Notes: a model not told the origin generated them from the letters alone. Positions 1-13,197 are shown, counted from the first letter of the stretch. The stretch is DNA of 64,000 nt from Octopus bimaculoides (GCF_001194135.2 NC_068985.1:70472353-70536352); one strand, 5' to 3'. A program made the numbers and translations.

Positions 1-514
1 TATATTCATAAGTATCACAGTCCGTACAGATCATTAATGACATATAAAATTACATGTTGCTTCAATACTCAACAATAAATGTCCCACACTCATTCTATTT
101 CTTACATCTATTGGACAGCGTCTATACTGAGAGGCTTACAACGCATTATATAACTCATTTCTCTCCACAGATATTACAGTCTACTCAGCCTTTGCCTATC
201 CTCCAGATGTGAAACACATATTGTAATGTGCAGTTTTATACTCATTGTCTACTGTATGCAACTATATTTCTTTCATATAAAGAATAAAATTTAAAATCCC
301 AGTCACGCTCTGACTTATAGTCCACTTTACATAACGACGAAGATTACAGTCATATGACTCTATATTTGTATCCTATATATGCAGCAGTTCCTTATGAAAT
401 GTCCATTGCCTACTGAGAAGAAACAAGAAGCATCACATATTTCAGAATATGCACACACCCAAGCACAATGTACAATTACTTGTATTTCATTCCCTGTTTT
501 TCCTTTAAAACAGC

Positions 515-580
<66 letters not shown>

Positions 581-1125
581 NNNNNNNNNNNNNNNNNNNN
601 NNNNNNNNNNNNNNNNNNNNNNNNNNNNNNNNNNNNNNNNNNNNNNNNNNNNNNNNNNNNNNNNNNNNNNNNNNNNNNNNNNNNNNNNNNNNNNNNNNNN
701 NNNNNNNNNNNNNNNNNNNNNNNNNNNNNNNNNNNNNNNNNNNNNNNNNNNNNNNNNNNNNNNNNNNNNNNNNNNNNNNNNNNNNNNNNNNNNNNNNNNN
801 NNNNNNNNNNNNNNNNNNNNNNNNNNNNNNNNNNNNNNNNNNNNNNNNNNNNNNNNNNNNNNNNNNNNNNNNNNNNNNNNNNNNNNNNNNNNNNNNNNNN
901 NNNNNNNNNNNNNNNNNNNNNNNNNNNNNNNNNNNNNNNNNNNNNNNNNNNNNNNNNNNNNNNNNNNNNNNNNNNNNNNNNNNNNNNNNNNNNNNNNNNN
1001 NNNNNNNNNNNNNNNNNNNNNNNNNNNNNNNNNNNNNNNNNNNNNNNNNNNNNNNNNNNNNNNNNNNNNNNNNNNNNNNNNNNNNNNNNNNNNNNNNNNN
1101 TGTGTGTGTGTGTGTGTGTGTGTGT

Positions 1126-1207
1126 TCTTTTATTCTTTTACTTGTTCCAACCACTCGACTGTGGTCATGCGGGAGCATCGCTTTGAAGAGGTTTTGTCGA
1201 CCCAGCG
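1126..1207 (-). mobile_element. SINE family A, 3' tail only
   Basis: Reverse complement reads ...cttcaaagcgatgctcccgcatgaccacagtcgagtggttggaacaagtaaaagaataaaagaa, a diverged match to the tails at 2410-2470, 45110-45181 and 57335-57407. Confidence 0.7.
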
Positions 1208-1209
1208 TG

Positions 1210-2170
1210 CCTCCATGTTAGTCTTTGGCATGTTAGTAGAGTAAGGAGGACTGTTATTTGTCGTCATATTGTCTCAAATTTCCATTACCTCTCTCCGCAA
1301 TGCATCTAGATGTATCAGAAATATATGTCATATTCTTGTCTTTACAAGCACCCTATATGCACCTTAAGCTGTAGACAACATTTCTAGTTCTACAGTTAAT
1401 GTCAGGGTTAATCTTACATACTATGCAGTTCTCATTGGTGCAGGTGGTATTCTCAAAGGGGTACGTTATACGTAATTGTGATTTGATGGAACTCCCTGGC
1501 TTTTCAACGATTTTAATGTTGAGTTTGGCCTCCTTCAGGGCTTTCCTAAATCTTCGGGCTAGTTCTCCATCGGCTGTGGCCTCTACAAAGTTCAGTCCTT
1601 GATATTTGACGGCCTTGCACCATATGTTCACCCTTTTTGCTTTGTCACACATTCTCTGTATCTTATTCCAGTCTTTCCTTCTGTATCTAGGACAAGTACC
1701 ACTGGTTTTATTACATATAATACTATATAACTTCTTCCTAGCTCCCCTGTATACCCGAACCATATATTTCTTGTCATATCCAGAGAATTGCACGTGGTGC
1801 ATGCAGTTCTGTACAAGTTTTTTTTTTCATAGGTTTCGCATAGTGGGGACACATGGTTCATTATTCTAAATAAGCCTGCTGTCAGTATGTTGGTTTTCAT
1901 GTTGTGTGACAATGCTAAGTTCTAGTGAACAAAATATTTGGAAGCTATGGGCTTCATGTAACAGGAGTGGAAGAGTTGCACTCGGTTCTTCAGTCTCTAA
2001 ACAAAGTTCAGTATCAAGGATAGGGAGTCTATTGTTAGGGTGCCTAGTGGGGTAATCTGTAGTTACCTTGATACTTTGGTGAATGGAGTTAGCTAGATGC
2101 TAGATGCTCTCCAATATGCTCCTCTCGGTTTCTGCACTACAATTACTAGATTTTGTCCTAACTAGATTAT
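1210..2170 (-). mobile_element. Penelope-like retroelement relic (RT thumb, linker, GIY-YIG endonuclease), disrupted
   Basis: Minus-strand frames give IKVTTDYPTRHPNNRLPILD...YMKPIASK...MKTNILT (RT C-terminus), KIVEKPGSSIKSQL...CTNENCIVC...CRTRNVVYSLRC (linker and GIY) and TYISDTSRCIAERG (YIG half), with stops and frameshifts. Confidence 0.85.
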
Positions 2171-2312
2171 TAATTTTCATCGATATACCTACAGTAAAGC
2201 AAAACAGTTGTGGATTGTTCAGCTAAGGATTAAGTTTTCTCTTTCACCAGGTCATATATANNNNNNNNNNNNNNNNNNNNNNNNNNNNNNNNAAAGAGTA
2301 TACATATATATA

Positions 2313-2469
2313 GGAGTGGCTGTGTGGTAAGTAGCTTGCTTACGAACCACATGGTTCCGGGTGGCACTTTGGGCAAGTGTCTTCTACTATAGCCTCGATT
2401 TACTCGACTAAAGGCGGTGCTCCAGCATGGCCGCAGTCAAATAACTGAAACAAGTAAAGGAGTAAAAGA
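2313..2469 (+). mobile_element. SINE family A, internally deleted short copy with 19-bp flanking direct repeat
   Basis: Head ggagtggctgtgtggtaagtagcttgct (A-box-like) and tail ctccagcatggccgcagtcaaataactgaaacaag; aaagagtatacatatatat at 2293-2311 and 2470-2488. Confidence 0.85.
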
Positions 2470-2499
2470 AAAGAGTATACATATATATTTATAATGGAC

Positions 2500-3642
2500 A
2501 TCCATTCATCCATTATAAGTTCATCTGCAAGACAAGGTGACTAGGACCACGACGTACAACAGCCAAATCTTTATTAAGGCAATTATTCAGTTTTGTATAG
2601 AAGTTGATTTCTTGCCAGACATTCCTGATGCTGCTGCCGACCAGGACGCGGAGGAAATCGAGAATGTGAACCTTGTCGTGGATCCTGAGGCTTCGGATAT
2701 GAACGAAGTTCAATACATTACTGTTAATACCATCCTTCACGAGTCCAGCGACCTGGGCTTAATAGCACTATTGCACATGAAGTGCGCAGCACATATCTTC
2801 AACTTGGTAAACGGTGCGGAGCAGTATAATAACAGCCAGATATAATAACATCCATGGAGACTGTTGTAGAGATAGCAGCCCTAATGGAGACCAATGTGTA
2901 GGGCAATAGCATCTCCAGAAAGGAGGATGAGGAAGATGATTTTTTCAGCAATATCACCTGGTTCTGGGAGAGCAGGAGCCACATATCACTGAAATCCAGG
3001 GCGCAGAACTTGGTGAAGACCTGGCTGGAGACCGTCTCGGAGGAGATCCCGACTGAAGTTGCCTTTTTGGGTGAGCAGGTTTTGAACGAACTGTTCAAGT
3101 ATAACACCACCATGCCATCCAGTGCTGCAGTTGAGCGCTTGTTCTCTATAGGCAAAAATAGTTTGAGGGCCAAGAGAGCCACAGTCAGATGGTAACTTTC
3201 AGAGGCTGACACGTAGAGGCGATTGAGAAGACCCAGCCAGAGTAGCACGCCTTGGTCATCATCTGATCTTGGCATGATACCTATGCTATACTATATCTTT
3301 TTGATTTGTGTAATTCTTTTTGTACAGTAAATAAAGTGTATGATGACTGAAAAATTAATTTTTAATTTCATTTGTTCGTTTATATGCGTCCACCTTGATC
3401 ATCATCTGATCTTGAAATGCTGTACCTTTTTTTGAAAGTTCTATGACTAAGCTACAACATGAACATTTAAGCTCTCTAGGTCTGATTTTAGGGGTTTTAG
3501 AGCCCAAAATCTAACCTGAGACTAAATTCATGTGGTAAAAGTTACCATTTAGCGTTAGCTTTCGCTATTTTTTTTTCTTTTTGCCTATTTAGCGGTTCAG
3601 CGCTTGTGAAGCTAACATTTTGATTAGCTGTGCACACCACTG
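2500..3642 (+). mobile_element. hAT DNA transposon relic (3' part with right terminus)
   Basis: Motifs VTRTTTYNSQIFIKA (TTDNGSNFxKA-like, catalytic D lost), MKCAAHIFNLV (CxxH) and PSSAAVERLFS (dimerisation domain); terminus ttagctgtgcacaccactg ending at 3642 reads CAGTGGTGTGCACAGCTAA inward. Confidence 0.85.
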
Positions 3643-3648
3643 TATTTA

Positions 3649-4772
3649 TACAGAGCGTTTCAAAAAATTTCATATTATTTGAGATGTAAATCTCATAGAA
3701 ACTACATAGTCAATGCAAATGAAACTAAACAGGCTTTGAGCAATATAAGATTTATTCCTCCAAATTTGAATGAGAAATTCAAAGGTATGTGGATCCCATG
3801 AACGATTTCACAAATATTCAATATGCGCACCGACATAGACACGGCACACGTCAAGTCTGTATTCCAGCTCCTCCCAAACACGCTGCAGCATGTCATGTGT
3901 AACAGTCCACGTCCTGTTGAAAAATGAAATTTTCATGTTCATTTGCAATGAGTTCATCCATTACCCAGTTCTGAAGCATTTGCAGATAAACATTGCCGGT
4001 CACATTTCCCTGAAAGAAGAACAGGCCATGTAGATGCTTCTTGGAGATGGCGCAGAACACATTCACTTTTGATGAACCCCTCTCATGCTCAACTGTGGCA
4101 TGGAGATTTTCTTCGCCCCAAATGCGAACATTATGACTATTGACTTTGTCATTCGTATGAAATGTGGCCTCATCACTGAAACAAGACGATCCTTGAACTC
4201 GGCTTCTTCAAGTTTCTCTTGCATATCAACACAGAGTTGTTTGTGCTTTCGCTTTGACATCTGCCGTTATGGCCTGAACGAGCTGCAGCTTGTAAGGTTT
4301 CATTAGCAAGCGTTCCTTGAGGACGCGCCAAACTGTCGTTGGAGGAATCTGGGTTTCCAGACTTGTTCTTCTTATGAACTTCTTGGGGCTTCGCAAGAGC
4401 TTTTAGTGAACCTACTCAACGCCTCTTCCGATGGTAGTGGTCATCCACATCCTTTTGCTCTGCACAGACAGCCTTCCTCTTTGAATTTTTTGTGCTATGC
4501 CCAAATCTGCATTGCCATTGATGACTTTTTAGAGAACTCTCACAAATGCACGCTGCAGTCTTGTTCTACTGTTCGAGCATACTCCAGCACAAAATTCCTT
4601 TTCTCTTCCAGTGAAATCCATTTCTATACCTGAAAAGATAATCATATCAATCATTAAACATAAAATTTTGACCTGTTTCGACATATGCTGTTAAAATTTG
4701 AAGTCATTAGAACAAGAACTGGCAAAGCAATTAGATTGCGAAATGATATGATTTTTTTTGAAACACCCTGTA
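3649..4772 (-). mobile_element. Tc1/mariner-superfamily DNA transposon, internally deleted
   Basis: TIR pair tacagagcgtttcaaaaaa (3649) and ttttttgaaacaccctgta (to 4772), TA-flanked. Minus strand gives MDFTGREK..., QIWA*HKKFKEEGCLCRAKG (HTH region), VYLQMLQNW...FIFQQD, then a jump to LQRVWEELEYRLDVCR...GAHIEYL*. Confidence 0.85.
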
Positions 4773-5679
4773 TATATATATATATATATGAATTGATGGA
4801 TGGATGGGTATGTGTGTGTGCTTGTGAGTGTGCGTGTTTTTGTGCGTGTGTGTGCTTGTGTGTGTGCTTGTGTGTGCGCGCGCAGGTGTGTGTGTATGAG
4901 TGTATGTGTAATGACATACTTACACTATACATGCACGAATATTAGTGAACACCATATACACATTTGTTTCTATCAACGATTTCTTCTCTCCTTCTTTCTC
5001 TATCTCACTCACTCTCTCCATCCCTCACTCTCCATCTTTCTCTCTTCGTTTCTCCCTCTCTCTCTCTAAATAATTAAACAGTACTTTCAGTTCATACAGT
5101 TAGTGCTATAATTTATTCATATATAGGCATACACAATTAAATGGATATTTATGTATGAACATGTGTCTGCACGAGGTACATTTTTTGTTGTGTTCTTTAT
5201 GTATATCTGTCAGTGCATGTGCAAATGCTTGCATGTATATTTTAGCTATATATACATGTATACACGTTTGCGTACCTTTATATACTTGAGTGATTTTGTG
5301 TGTTGACCCAATATTAATGTTTTATACTGCGCCACATGCAATCAGGGTTACTGTTGTCTGCAAAATTTGATCCACACAATCTATATATACAACCTCATAG
5401 AAATAGCAGCCAAGTTCACCTTAAACTGTGATCTGCTATCGTGAAAAGGAGAAACATATTGCTCAATGTAGTGTTACATTTACAAAAGGAGGGGACAGAA
5501 CTTGAAACGGCTTTCGTCTTAGGTATTCCAAGATACCTACAATTAGACACACCCATCCAGACACCGACACACAGACACAGGCACGCACAGACACAGGCAC
5601 ACACACGCACAGGCACACACACAAACACACACACACACACACATACACACATATATACCTATGTAGATGTGTGTGTTCA

Positions 5680-5710
<31 letters not shown>

Positions 5711-6328
5711 GTACATATATACATATACTATTAGAAATATATATATATTTATTTATACCTATATATATATATGTGTGTGTTTTAATGTATACGCAAATAT
5801 GCCTATTTATATATATGTAAATGTATATACATACATATATATATGTATACATATATATATATACACATGTGTATATTTTCGTGTGCTCTTCCAACCGCGC
5901 GCACATGTGTGTATAGTTCACCATTTATGAGACTACAGTCAGAACANNNNNNNNNNNNNNNNNNNNNNNNNNNNNNNNNNNNNNNNNNNNNNNNNNNNNN
6001 NNNNNNNNNNNNNNNNNNNNNNNNNNNNNNNNNNNNNNNNNNNNNNNNNNNNNNNNNNNNNNNNNNNNNNNNNNNNNNNNNNNNNNNNNNNNNNNNNNNN
6101 NNNNNNNNNNNNNNNNNNNNNNNNNNNNNNNNNNNNNNNNNNNNNNNNNNNNNNNNNNNNNNNNNNNNNNNNNNNNNNNNNNNNNNNNNNNNNNNNNNNN
6201 NNNNNNNNNNNNNNNNNNNNNNNNNNNNNNNNNNNNNNNNNNNNNNNNNNNNNNNNNNNNNNNNNNNNNNNNNNNNNNNNNNNNNNNNNNNNNNNNNNNN
6301 NNNNNNNNNNNNNNNNNNNNNNNNNNNN

Positions 6329-6363
<35 letters not shown>

Positions 6364-7602
6364 AATGGGCTTATTTGTGTGTATGCATGCATTTGTATTA
6401 GTCAATACACACTCATACAGATACAAATCCACATATTTCTAAGCAAATTTCGTGCATATTGGATCTTATATTTGATAATAAGACTGTAAAATACAAACAC
6501 GTATAAAATATGTATACATATATATATATACACATGTGTATATTTTCGTGTGCTCTTCCAACCGCGCGCACATGTGTGTATAGTTCACCATTTATGAGAC
6601 TACAGTCAGAACAAGTCTTAGTCAATCAAGCCTGATTAATAAAAATTATAGAGAAAATCAGGATGTGATGGATTTTGATTGACTTTATGTAAATATACAT
6701 GTGCGTGTGAGCGCCTATGTCTGTGTTAGCGCGCGTACGTGTGTGCGCGCGGGTACGTGTGTGCGCGCGCGTAGTGTGTGTGTTTTTGTGTGTGTATCTG
6801 TATGTGCGTGTATATATGGTCTTTACGCAACTGGATGGCCCTTAGGTGGTTGATCAATGTACAAAAGATGGCACCCCCTCCTCCTTTTTGTCTAATCCTA
6901 CACCATTAAGGTCACATTGTGTAACATATTACTAGATAAAAGACGTCCAAAGAAATACCGTGGTTACTGTCTTTCAATCTTTCATCCCGATTTAAGGTTT
7001 AATGCTCGCGGGGCTGGGGTTGGTCTAAAAATAAACCACGACATTTGAAGGCAGAATAGAATCACTCGCAGAATTATCTAGCAACCGTAGCTGTGTTTCG
7101 ACATAGATATCGCAAGACTGAGAAGAACATGGGGATTCTAAAGCTTCAAGGATGAAATATAGGTCAGATGACAATGCGAGAAAATATTTCTCATTTTCAG
7201 ATTCTGCTCATGAATGTGTTTGCTTTCTGGAAAAAGGTTTATGTACGTCTTCATGCTCAACTTCATATGATAATGCCCATTTGCCAAATTATAATCACCA
7301 GAGAATGTACTCTCATTCACATCTTATGGGAATTGTACTGCTTCTTCCTCTTCACTCTTTTACCCAGCATCAGAGAACCTCTACCATAACAACGACAATA
7401 ATAAACAATCTAAAAAAGAACATTCTAAAAATAATGAACAAAAGATAGTAAATAAAATGATACGTAAAATAATAAATAAATGGGCAAATAACATAAACTA
7501 AACATTATCATATCAGAATTGTCAGAAGTATAACAATAATAATATTCATTTCTTACATTCCTGTAGGGTCACAAGTATATAGGATGCAGGGTAGAGTCTA
7601 TA

Positions 7603-7634
<32 letters not shown>

Positions 7635-7734
7635 CATGTGTGTACATATATATATCCATAAATATGTATATATATAGGCGAGTGTGTTTATATGTATGTA
7701 TACATATATATATATATACATACATACATATGTG

Positions 7735-7798
<64 letters not shown>

Positions 7799-8902
7799 AA
7801 TGTATATGCATACATATATACACATAAATATATTTATCTATACATGTACATATATGTGTATAAATATTATGTGTGTATATGTATATGCATATATATATAC
7901 GTATGTATGCGTGTATATATATACCTATATATATATATATATATATATTATAACTATTTTGCCGTATATGCAGTTTGTATAAATAAAAAAGATTGCGACT
8001 TGTTTATAATAAAACTGATGACTTTATTTTCATTATTTGTGTCCTAGCTCTGGGTATTAAGTAGAATTCCTCTAAGACAGGGTTGTAACGTGTTTCTCAG
8101 TCAAGTTATTAGATACGCTAGAATTGTAAATAATGTTAATGTATTTTGGGAAAGAATTAAAATTTTAATGATGCCCATAGAAAAATAAGGTTGCGTAAAA
8201 AAAGAAGTTAAATATTTTAACCGTTGCTTGGAGAGAAAGTAATGAATTGTTTGAAAATTTTAAACATTTATTTGTTAAAACTTAGTGAATATTTACAGAT
8301 AGATTGGTTTTTACTTGACATTAATTGTAATATTAGTTTTCTTCAACTTCAAAGTAAATACTAGTGTTAATCATTCAGTACAATTTCACTTCGTTACAGA
8401 GTAATTCCAGTGATATTGGTACGTATTTCGACTCTAGAAATGAACGATTGCAGAACAGTATTGACATGTAGTGGGGAAGATGTGACACGTAATGATATGT
8501 GATCATAGCAGTTTCGTCACAATTGATATACTGTTGCAAATAACTCAAGAATACTAATAGTGTATGGAGAGGTTTGGATAAGTAGTGAGAGAGCACAGAA
8601 GTTAATAGGAATTGTGGCGAGAAGCGGCAACTCCACAGGATAATGTTCAAGTAAAAACACAGCCACAGAATAGCTGTAACTTCATGGCTTATTATGATTC
8701 GAAGATTTACTCAGTTTAATTTGGAGATCATAGTTATCAGGTGACCAGGTTGCCTTGATTCTTACTAGGTAATGGTTTCTTCCTCCTGCGCGCATTTCGG
8801 GTTTGCTTATTACTATTTGCTTTGTGTATCAAAATATCAACCTACTTTTATATGAACGTGTGTGTGTGTATGCATATATATGTATACACACACACATTTG
8901 CA

Positions 8903-9285
8903 CGCAGCCGTAACTGTGTGGTAAGATGCTTGCTGCCTATCCACATGGTTCCTGGTTCAGTCCTACTGAGTGCCACCATGGGCAACTGTCTTCTGCTATA
9001 GCTTCGGGTGGACCCAATTATTCTGAGTGGATTTGGAAGGCGGAAACTCGGAGAAAACCGTCGTATGTGCGCGCGCGCGTGTTTGCGGTGTGTTTGTCCC
9101 TCACCATCGCTTGACAAATGATTGCGTCTCCGTAACTTAGTGGTTTGGCACAAAGGGAGGCAATAGAATAGGCACCAGGATTAGCAAAAAACATTTAAGT
9201 ACTGGGTTCGATTTATTCTACTGAACAAATCCCCAAGGCGATGCTCAAGCATAGCCGCTGTCTAATGACTGAAACAACTAAAAGA
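8903..9285 (+). mobile_element. SINE family A, near full length, diverged
   Basis: Head ctgtgtggtaagatgcttgc...ggttcagtcc (A/B-box-like), body gggcaactgtcttctgctatagc and accatcgcttgac, tail gctcaagcatagccgc...gactgaaacaactaaaaga. Confidence 0.85.
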
Positions 9286-9293
9286 TTTTATTT

Positions 9294-9324
<31 letters not shown>

Positions 9325-9744
9325 NNNNNNNNNNNNNNNNNNNNNNNNNNNNNNNNNNNNNNNNNNNNNNNNNNNNNNNNNNNNNNNNNNNNNNNNNNNN
9401 NNNNNNNNNNNNNNNNNNNNNNNNNNNNNNNNNNNNNNNNNNNNNNNNNNNNNNNNNNNNNNNNNNNNNNNNNNNNNNNNNNNNNNNNNNNNNNNNNNNN
9501 NNNNNNNTATATATATGAAGATATATATTAAGATGAAACTTACTTGGAAATGGATGCGTGGAATTCACTCAAATAATGATATAAACAATATACATATACA
9601 CGCACATATGTACATGCATACATATGTATGTATATAAGTATGCATATATGAGTACAGGACGTCACAAAACGTAAACAACATGAAATATGAAAATGTTGGG
9701 TACACAAAGAACGAGAGAAACAAATGGAAAACATAAAAAGCTAC

Positions 9745-9875
9745 CCTTACAATAAACCCTACTTATTCTACCGATGACTTTTGCCGAACGGCTAGTTACG
9801 CGGACGTAGACACACAACCTCGGCTGTCAAGCGATGGTGGGTTGGAGGCACAAACAAAGACACAAACAGAAATAT
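9745..9875 (-). mobile_element. SINE family A, internal fragment
   Basis: cttttgccgaacggctagttacgcggacgtag...gctgtcaagcgatggtgg is the reverse complement of the family A body. Confidence 0.7.
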
Positions 9876-9883
9876 ATACATAA

Positions 9884-9921
<38 letters not shown>

Positions 9922-9949
9922 TATTTCGTCATATATATACATATATATA

Positions 9950-11135
9950 TATATAAGTTCTTCAAGTATGAAATTTGTAGTAAGGTATATGGGGAACTTT
10001 GACAGCTGCCCATTTTGCGCTTTATAAAGTATATATAAATCGTTTTTTGCTATTTTTTGATTAGAGATGGATAAGTCGTATATTCGTACAGTATTTCAAA
10101 ACTGTACGAATATCCGACTTATCCATCTCTAAACAAAAAATAGCAAAAAACAATTTATAAATACTTTATAAATACTATAAATACCCCATCACAGCTGCTC
10201 GGAATATTAATGGAGTAGTTTCCTTCTAATGTTATTACACCGCATACAGTATCATATTGCTTTGCAAAAGTTCGTTCTGGTAATTTTTACCTCACAAATG
10301 AGCAACGCCGTCCACCAGAATCAAAAGTGGATAATGACGCACAAAAAGTCAATTCAGATCCATCTCAAAGTCCGCGTGAATTATAGTTGATTGGTGTTAG
10401 CAAGCAAATAATTTTGACTCACCTCTTCAAATCAGTAAAGTGAAAATGTTAGATAAGTGGGTTCCACACGAGCTCAATCTAAATCAGAAATAGCAACGTT
10501 TGAAGCCTGCATTATGCTACTTTCTCGTCACAATATTGAATCATTTTTTAATCGAATTGTAACATGTGATGAGTAATGGATCCAATACAACAACCACAAA
10601 CGTTCATCACAATGGGTGGACAAAGACAATCCACCAAAACACAGTCCAAAAAGCAAAATTCATCAGAAAAAGCTGATGGAGTGTGTTTGGTAGTCTGGCA
10701 CAAGTGTGAGCCATTATGATTTCATTAAACCTGACTCATCATTCACGGTTGAAGTATACTGCAGCCAACTGGACCAAATGATGCAGAAACTTACAGAAAG
10801 CAGCTTAGATTAGTCAATAGATCCAGTCCTATTTTATTGCAAGACAATGGCAGACCACACATCACAAAAATGACATTGGCGAAGCTACAGGATTTGGAGC
10901 TGGAAGTTCTCCATCATCCACCATACTCACCTGATTTTGACCCCACTGATTACCACTTATTCCAGAATTTGGATAACTTTTTGACAGGAAAAAAATTAAT
11001 GCTGTAAAACGGGCCTTCCAAGAGTTTATTGATTCTAGATTGCCAGGCATTTACAGTTCCAGGCTGGACAAGCTATCGCTGAAATGGCAAAAGTGTGCTG
11101 ACAATATGGGTGCATACTTTGAAAATAAAGCTATT
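9950..11135 (+). mobile_element. mariner (DD34D-type) transposon relic with a foldback in its 5' region
   Basis: Start MDKSYIRTVF (ATG at 10047), then AARNIN, CDE*WIQYNNHKRSSQW, LLQDNGRPH, VLHHPPYSPDFDPTDYHLF and KWQKCADNMGAYFE; many stops and frameshifts. Confidence 0.9.
10021..10172. repeat. 72-bp inverted repeat with 8-nt loop
   Basis: Arm 10021-10092 versus arm 10101-10172 match at 68/72 by eye; loop atttcaaa. Confidence 0.95.
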
Positions 11136-11896
11136 CCTTGTATTTATAAAACATCAGCAAACATTTTTCATAAGACACGTCCCTGCTCGAAGTATTTCAC
11201 TTTCCGCAATATTTCTAGTCCCGAATGGCTTTTTCTTTTTTTATATCTAGCACTATGTCTTTCTTTATTTCTTAGTAAAGGTAAAAATAAAGCAACCCTG
11301 AAAACCACAACTGATCTTTACACACAGACGCACAGTATAACAGCAATCAAATAACGACAGCGGTGGACACAAGAAACAGCAGCGATTTGACTGTCACCTA
11401 TTCTCTAGACGAGAGATGCCAGTTAATTTTTTACACCTACCAGGCTCCTTCGTATTAACCCGATCTGCTGTATAATTTTTACGTTCCTTTAAGAATATTT
11501 CATTGATTGGAATTTAAATCTCAGTCTCTATAGAAATATATTGTTTCAAGTAAAAGAAAACATTGAATTTGAATTATGTTTAATTTTTAAGATTATAGAT
11601 AACAACAGGGGCGTGTAAATTCTGAGCACGATTAAAGCGTGTGCGATGTAAGTCGAGAGAAAGTCTGCTACGATCGATATTTTTTGACACAGAGCAGCTC
11701 TAAGACGACTGCCAGACGCTAAACGAAAATAAATTAACTGCGACCAGGCTCAATAAAAGATGTCCGAGTGATTAACTTCAATTAAATACCTGAACACAGT
11801 GTTGCCAGATATTAAATCAGCTTGCAAATACACGTTCACTCTCCAAAATTTATACTCGGGCTAAGCCCGAGCACCCTGTGTGTGTCGGGGTCGCCA

Positions 11897-11942
<46 letters not shown>

Positions 11943-11944
11943 CA

Positions 11945-12963
11945 TACGAAGGGTGTTCATTAAACATTTCCCTTGACCACTTCCGGTTATTGCAGGAAAC
12001 GGAACTTGTATAAGTAATCGTATGCGTCTTTACATGTCTCATTGTAAATTGCAGCTTTCCACTAGTATTCGTTTGCTCTTTACGGCTGCTGAAGTGAACT
12101 AAGGTGCTATAATGGAGGTAGTTCAATGTAGATCATTGATCAGGTTCTTATATTTGAATGGTTGTACACCAAAAGAGACTTTCGATGAGATGAAAGAAGT
12201 TTATGATGACGATGCACCTTCATACAACATAGTCAAACACTGGCAGCGCCAGTTCAATTGAGGTCGAACATCGATAGAAACTGCTCCTATTCTTGGACAT
12301 CCACATTCCATCATTGATGACGACACCATCAATAAAGTAGAATCCGACATTTTGGGGGATCACCGCATAACTATTCGGCAACTAGCCTAAGAAGTGAAGA
12401 TAAGTGTAGGGTCCGTGGGAAAAAATATCACCATTTGGCAAATGCGGAATTTGTCTGCACGATGGATTCCCCGCAGATTCACATCTTTTCAGAAACAGGA
12501 ACGAGTCAATTGGTCCCAGACTCATTTTACAATGTGCCAAGAAAGCGAGGCCTTTTTTGGCAGACTGATAAAGTATGGGTCTATCACTATGACCCTAAGA
12601 CTACAGACCAGTCGAAGCAATGGAAGCATGATAACTCACCAACTCCTGCGATTATGAAATCCTTCCTCATGCCCTTTACTCTCCAAACCTAGCACTTTCT
12701 CACTTCGAACTCTTTCCGATCATAAATTCTTTTTTGGTGAGGAAGCAATTTTCGGATGGTGATGAATTTCCGAGGTAAAGTCATAGCTCCAGACATAACC
12801 TACCGACTTCTACAAGCAAGATCTTTGCAGCAGCATAAAGAGATGGGAGAGGTTTGTCACCATTGGTGGTGGCTATGTAGGGAAAGACTAATAACTATGC
12901 CAAGCTTTGTTTATCTGTGTCCTTGTGAAGTGGGTCAGGGGGAAATTCTAGTGAACACTACTA
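11945..12963 (+). mobile_element. mariner transposon relic, internally deleted, both termini present
   Basis: Left tacgaagggtgttcattaaacatttcccttgacc; right ggtcagggggaaattctagtgaacact. Motifs ARWIPR and VWVYHYDPKTTDQSKQWKHDNSPTP, then a jump to LPHALYSPNLA (PYSPDLAP-like) and RWERFVTIGGGYVGKD*. Confidence 0.85.
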
Positions 12964-12984
12964 TATATATACATACATGCATAC

Positions 12985-13042
<58 letters not shown>

Positions 13043-13044
13043 AC

Positions 13045-13197
13045 GACTAGTTTCTTCCAGTTTCCAAATCTACTCACAAGAGTTTGGTCTGCTCAAGGTT
13101 ATACTAGAAGACACTTGACCAAGATACTATGCAGTTGAACCTAATCCGGAACCACGTGGTTGGGAAGCAGATTTCTTACCACACAGCCACGCCTGCG
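13045..13197 (-). mobile_element. SINE family A, 5' half
   Basis: Reverse complement gcaggcgtggctgtgtggtaagaaatctgcttcccaaccacgtggttccgg...caagtgtcttctagtataacc. Confidence 0.8.
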
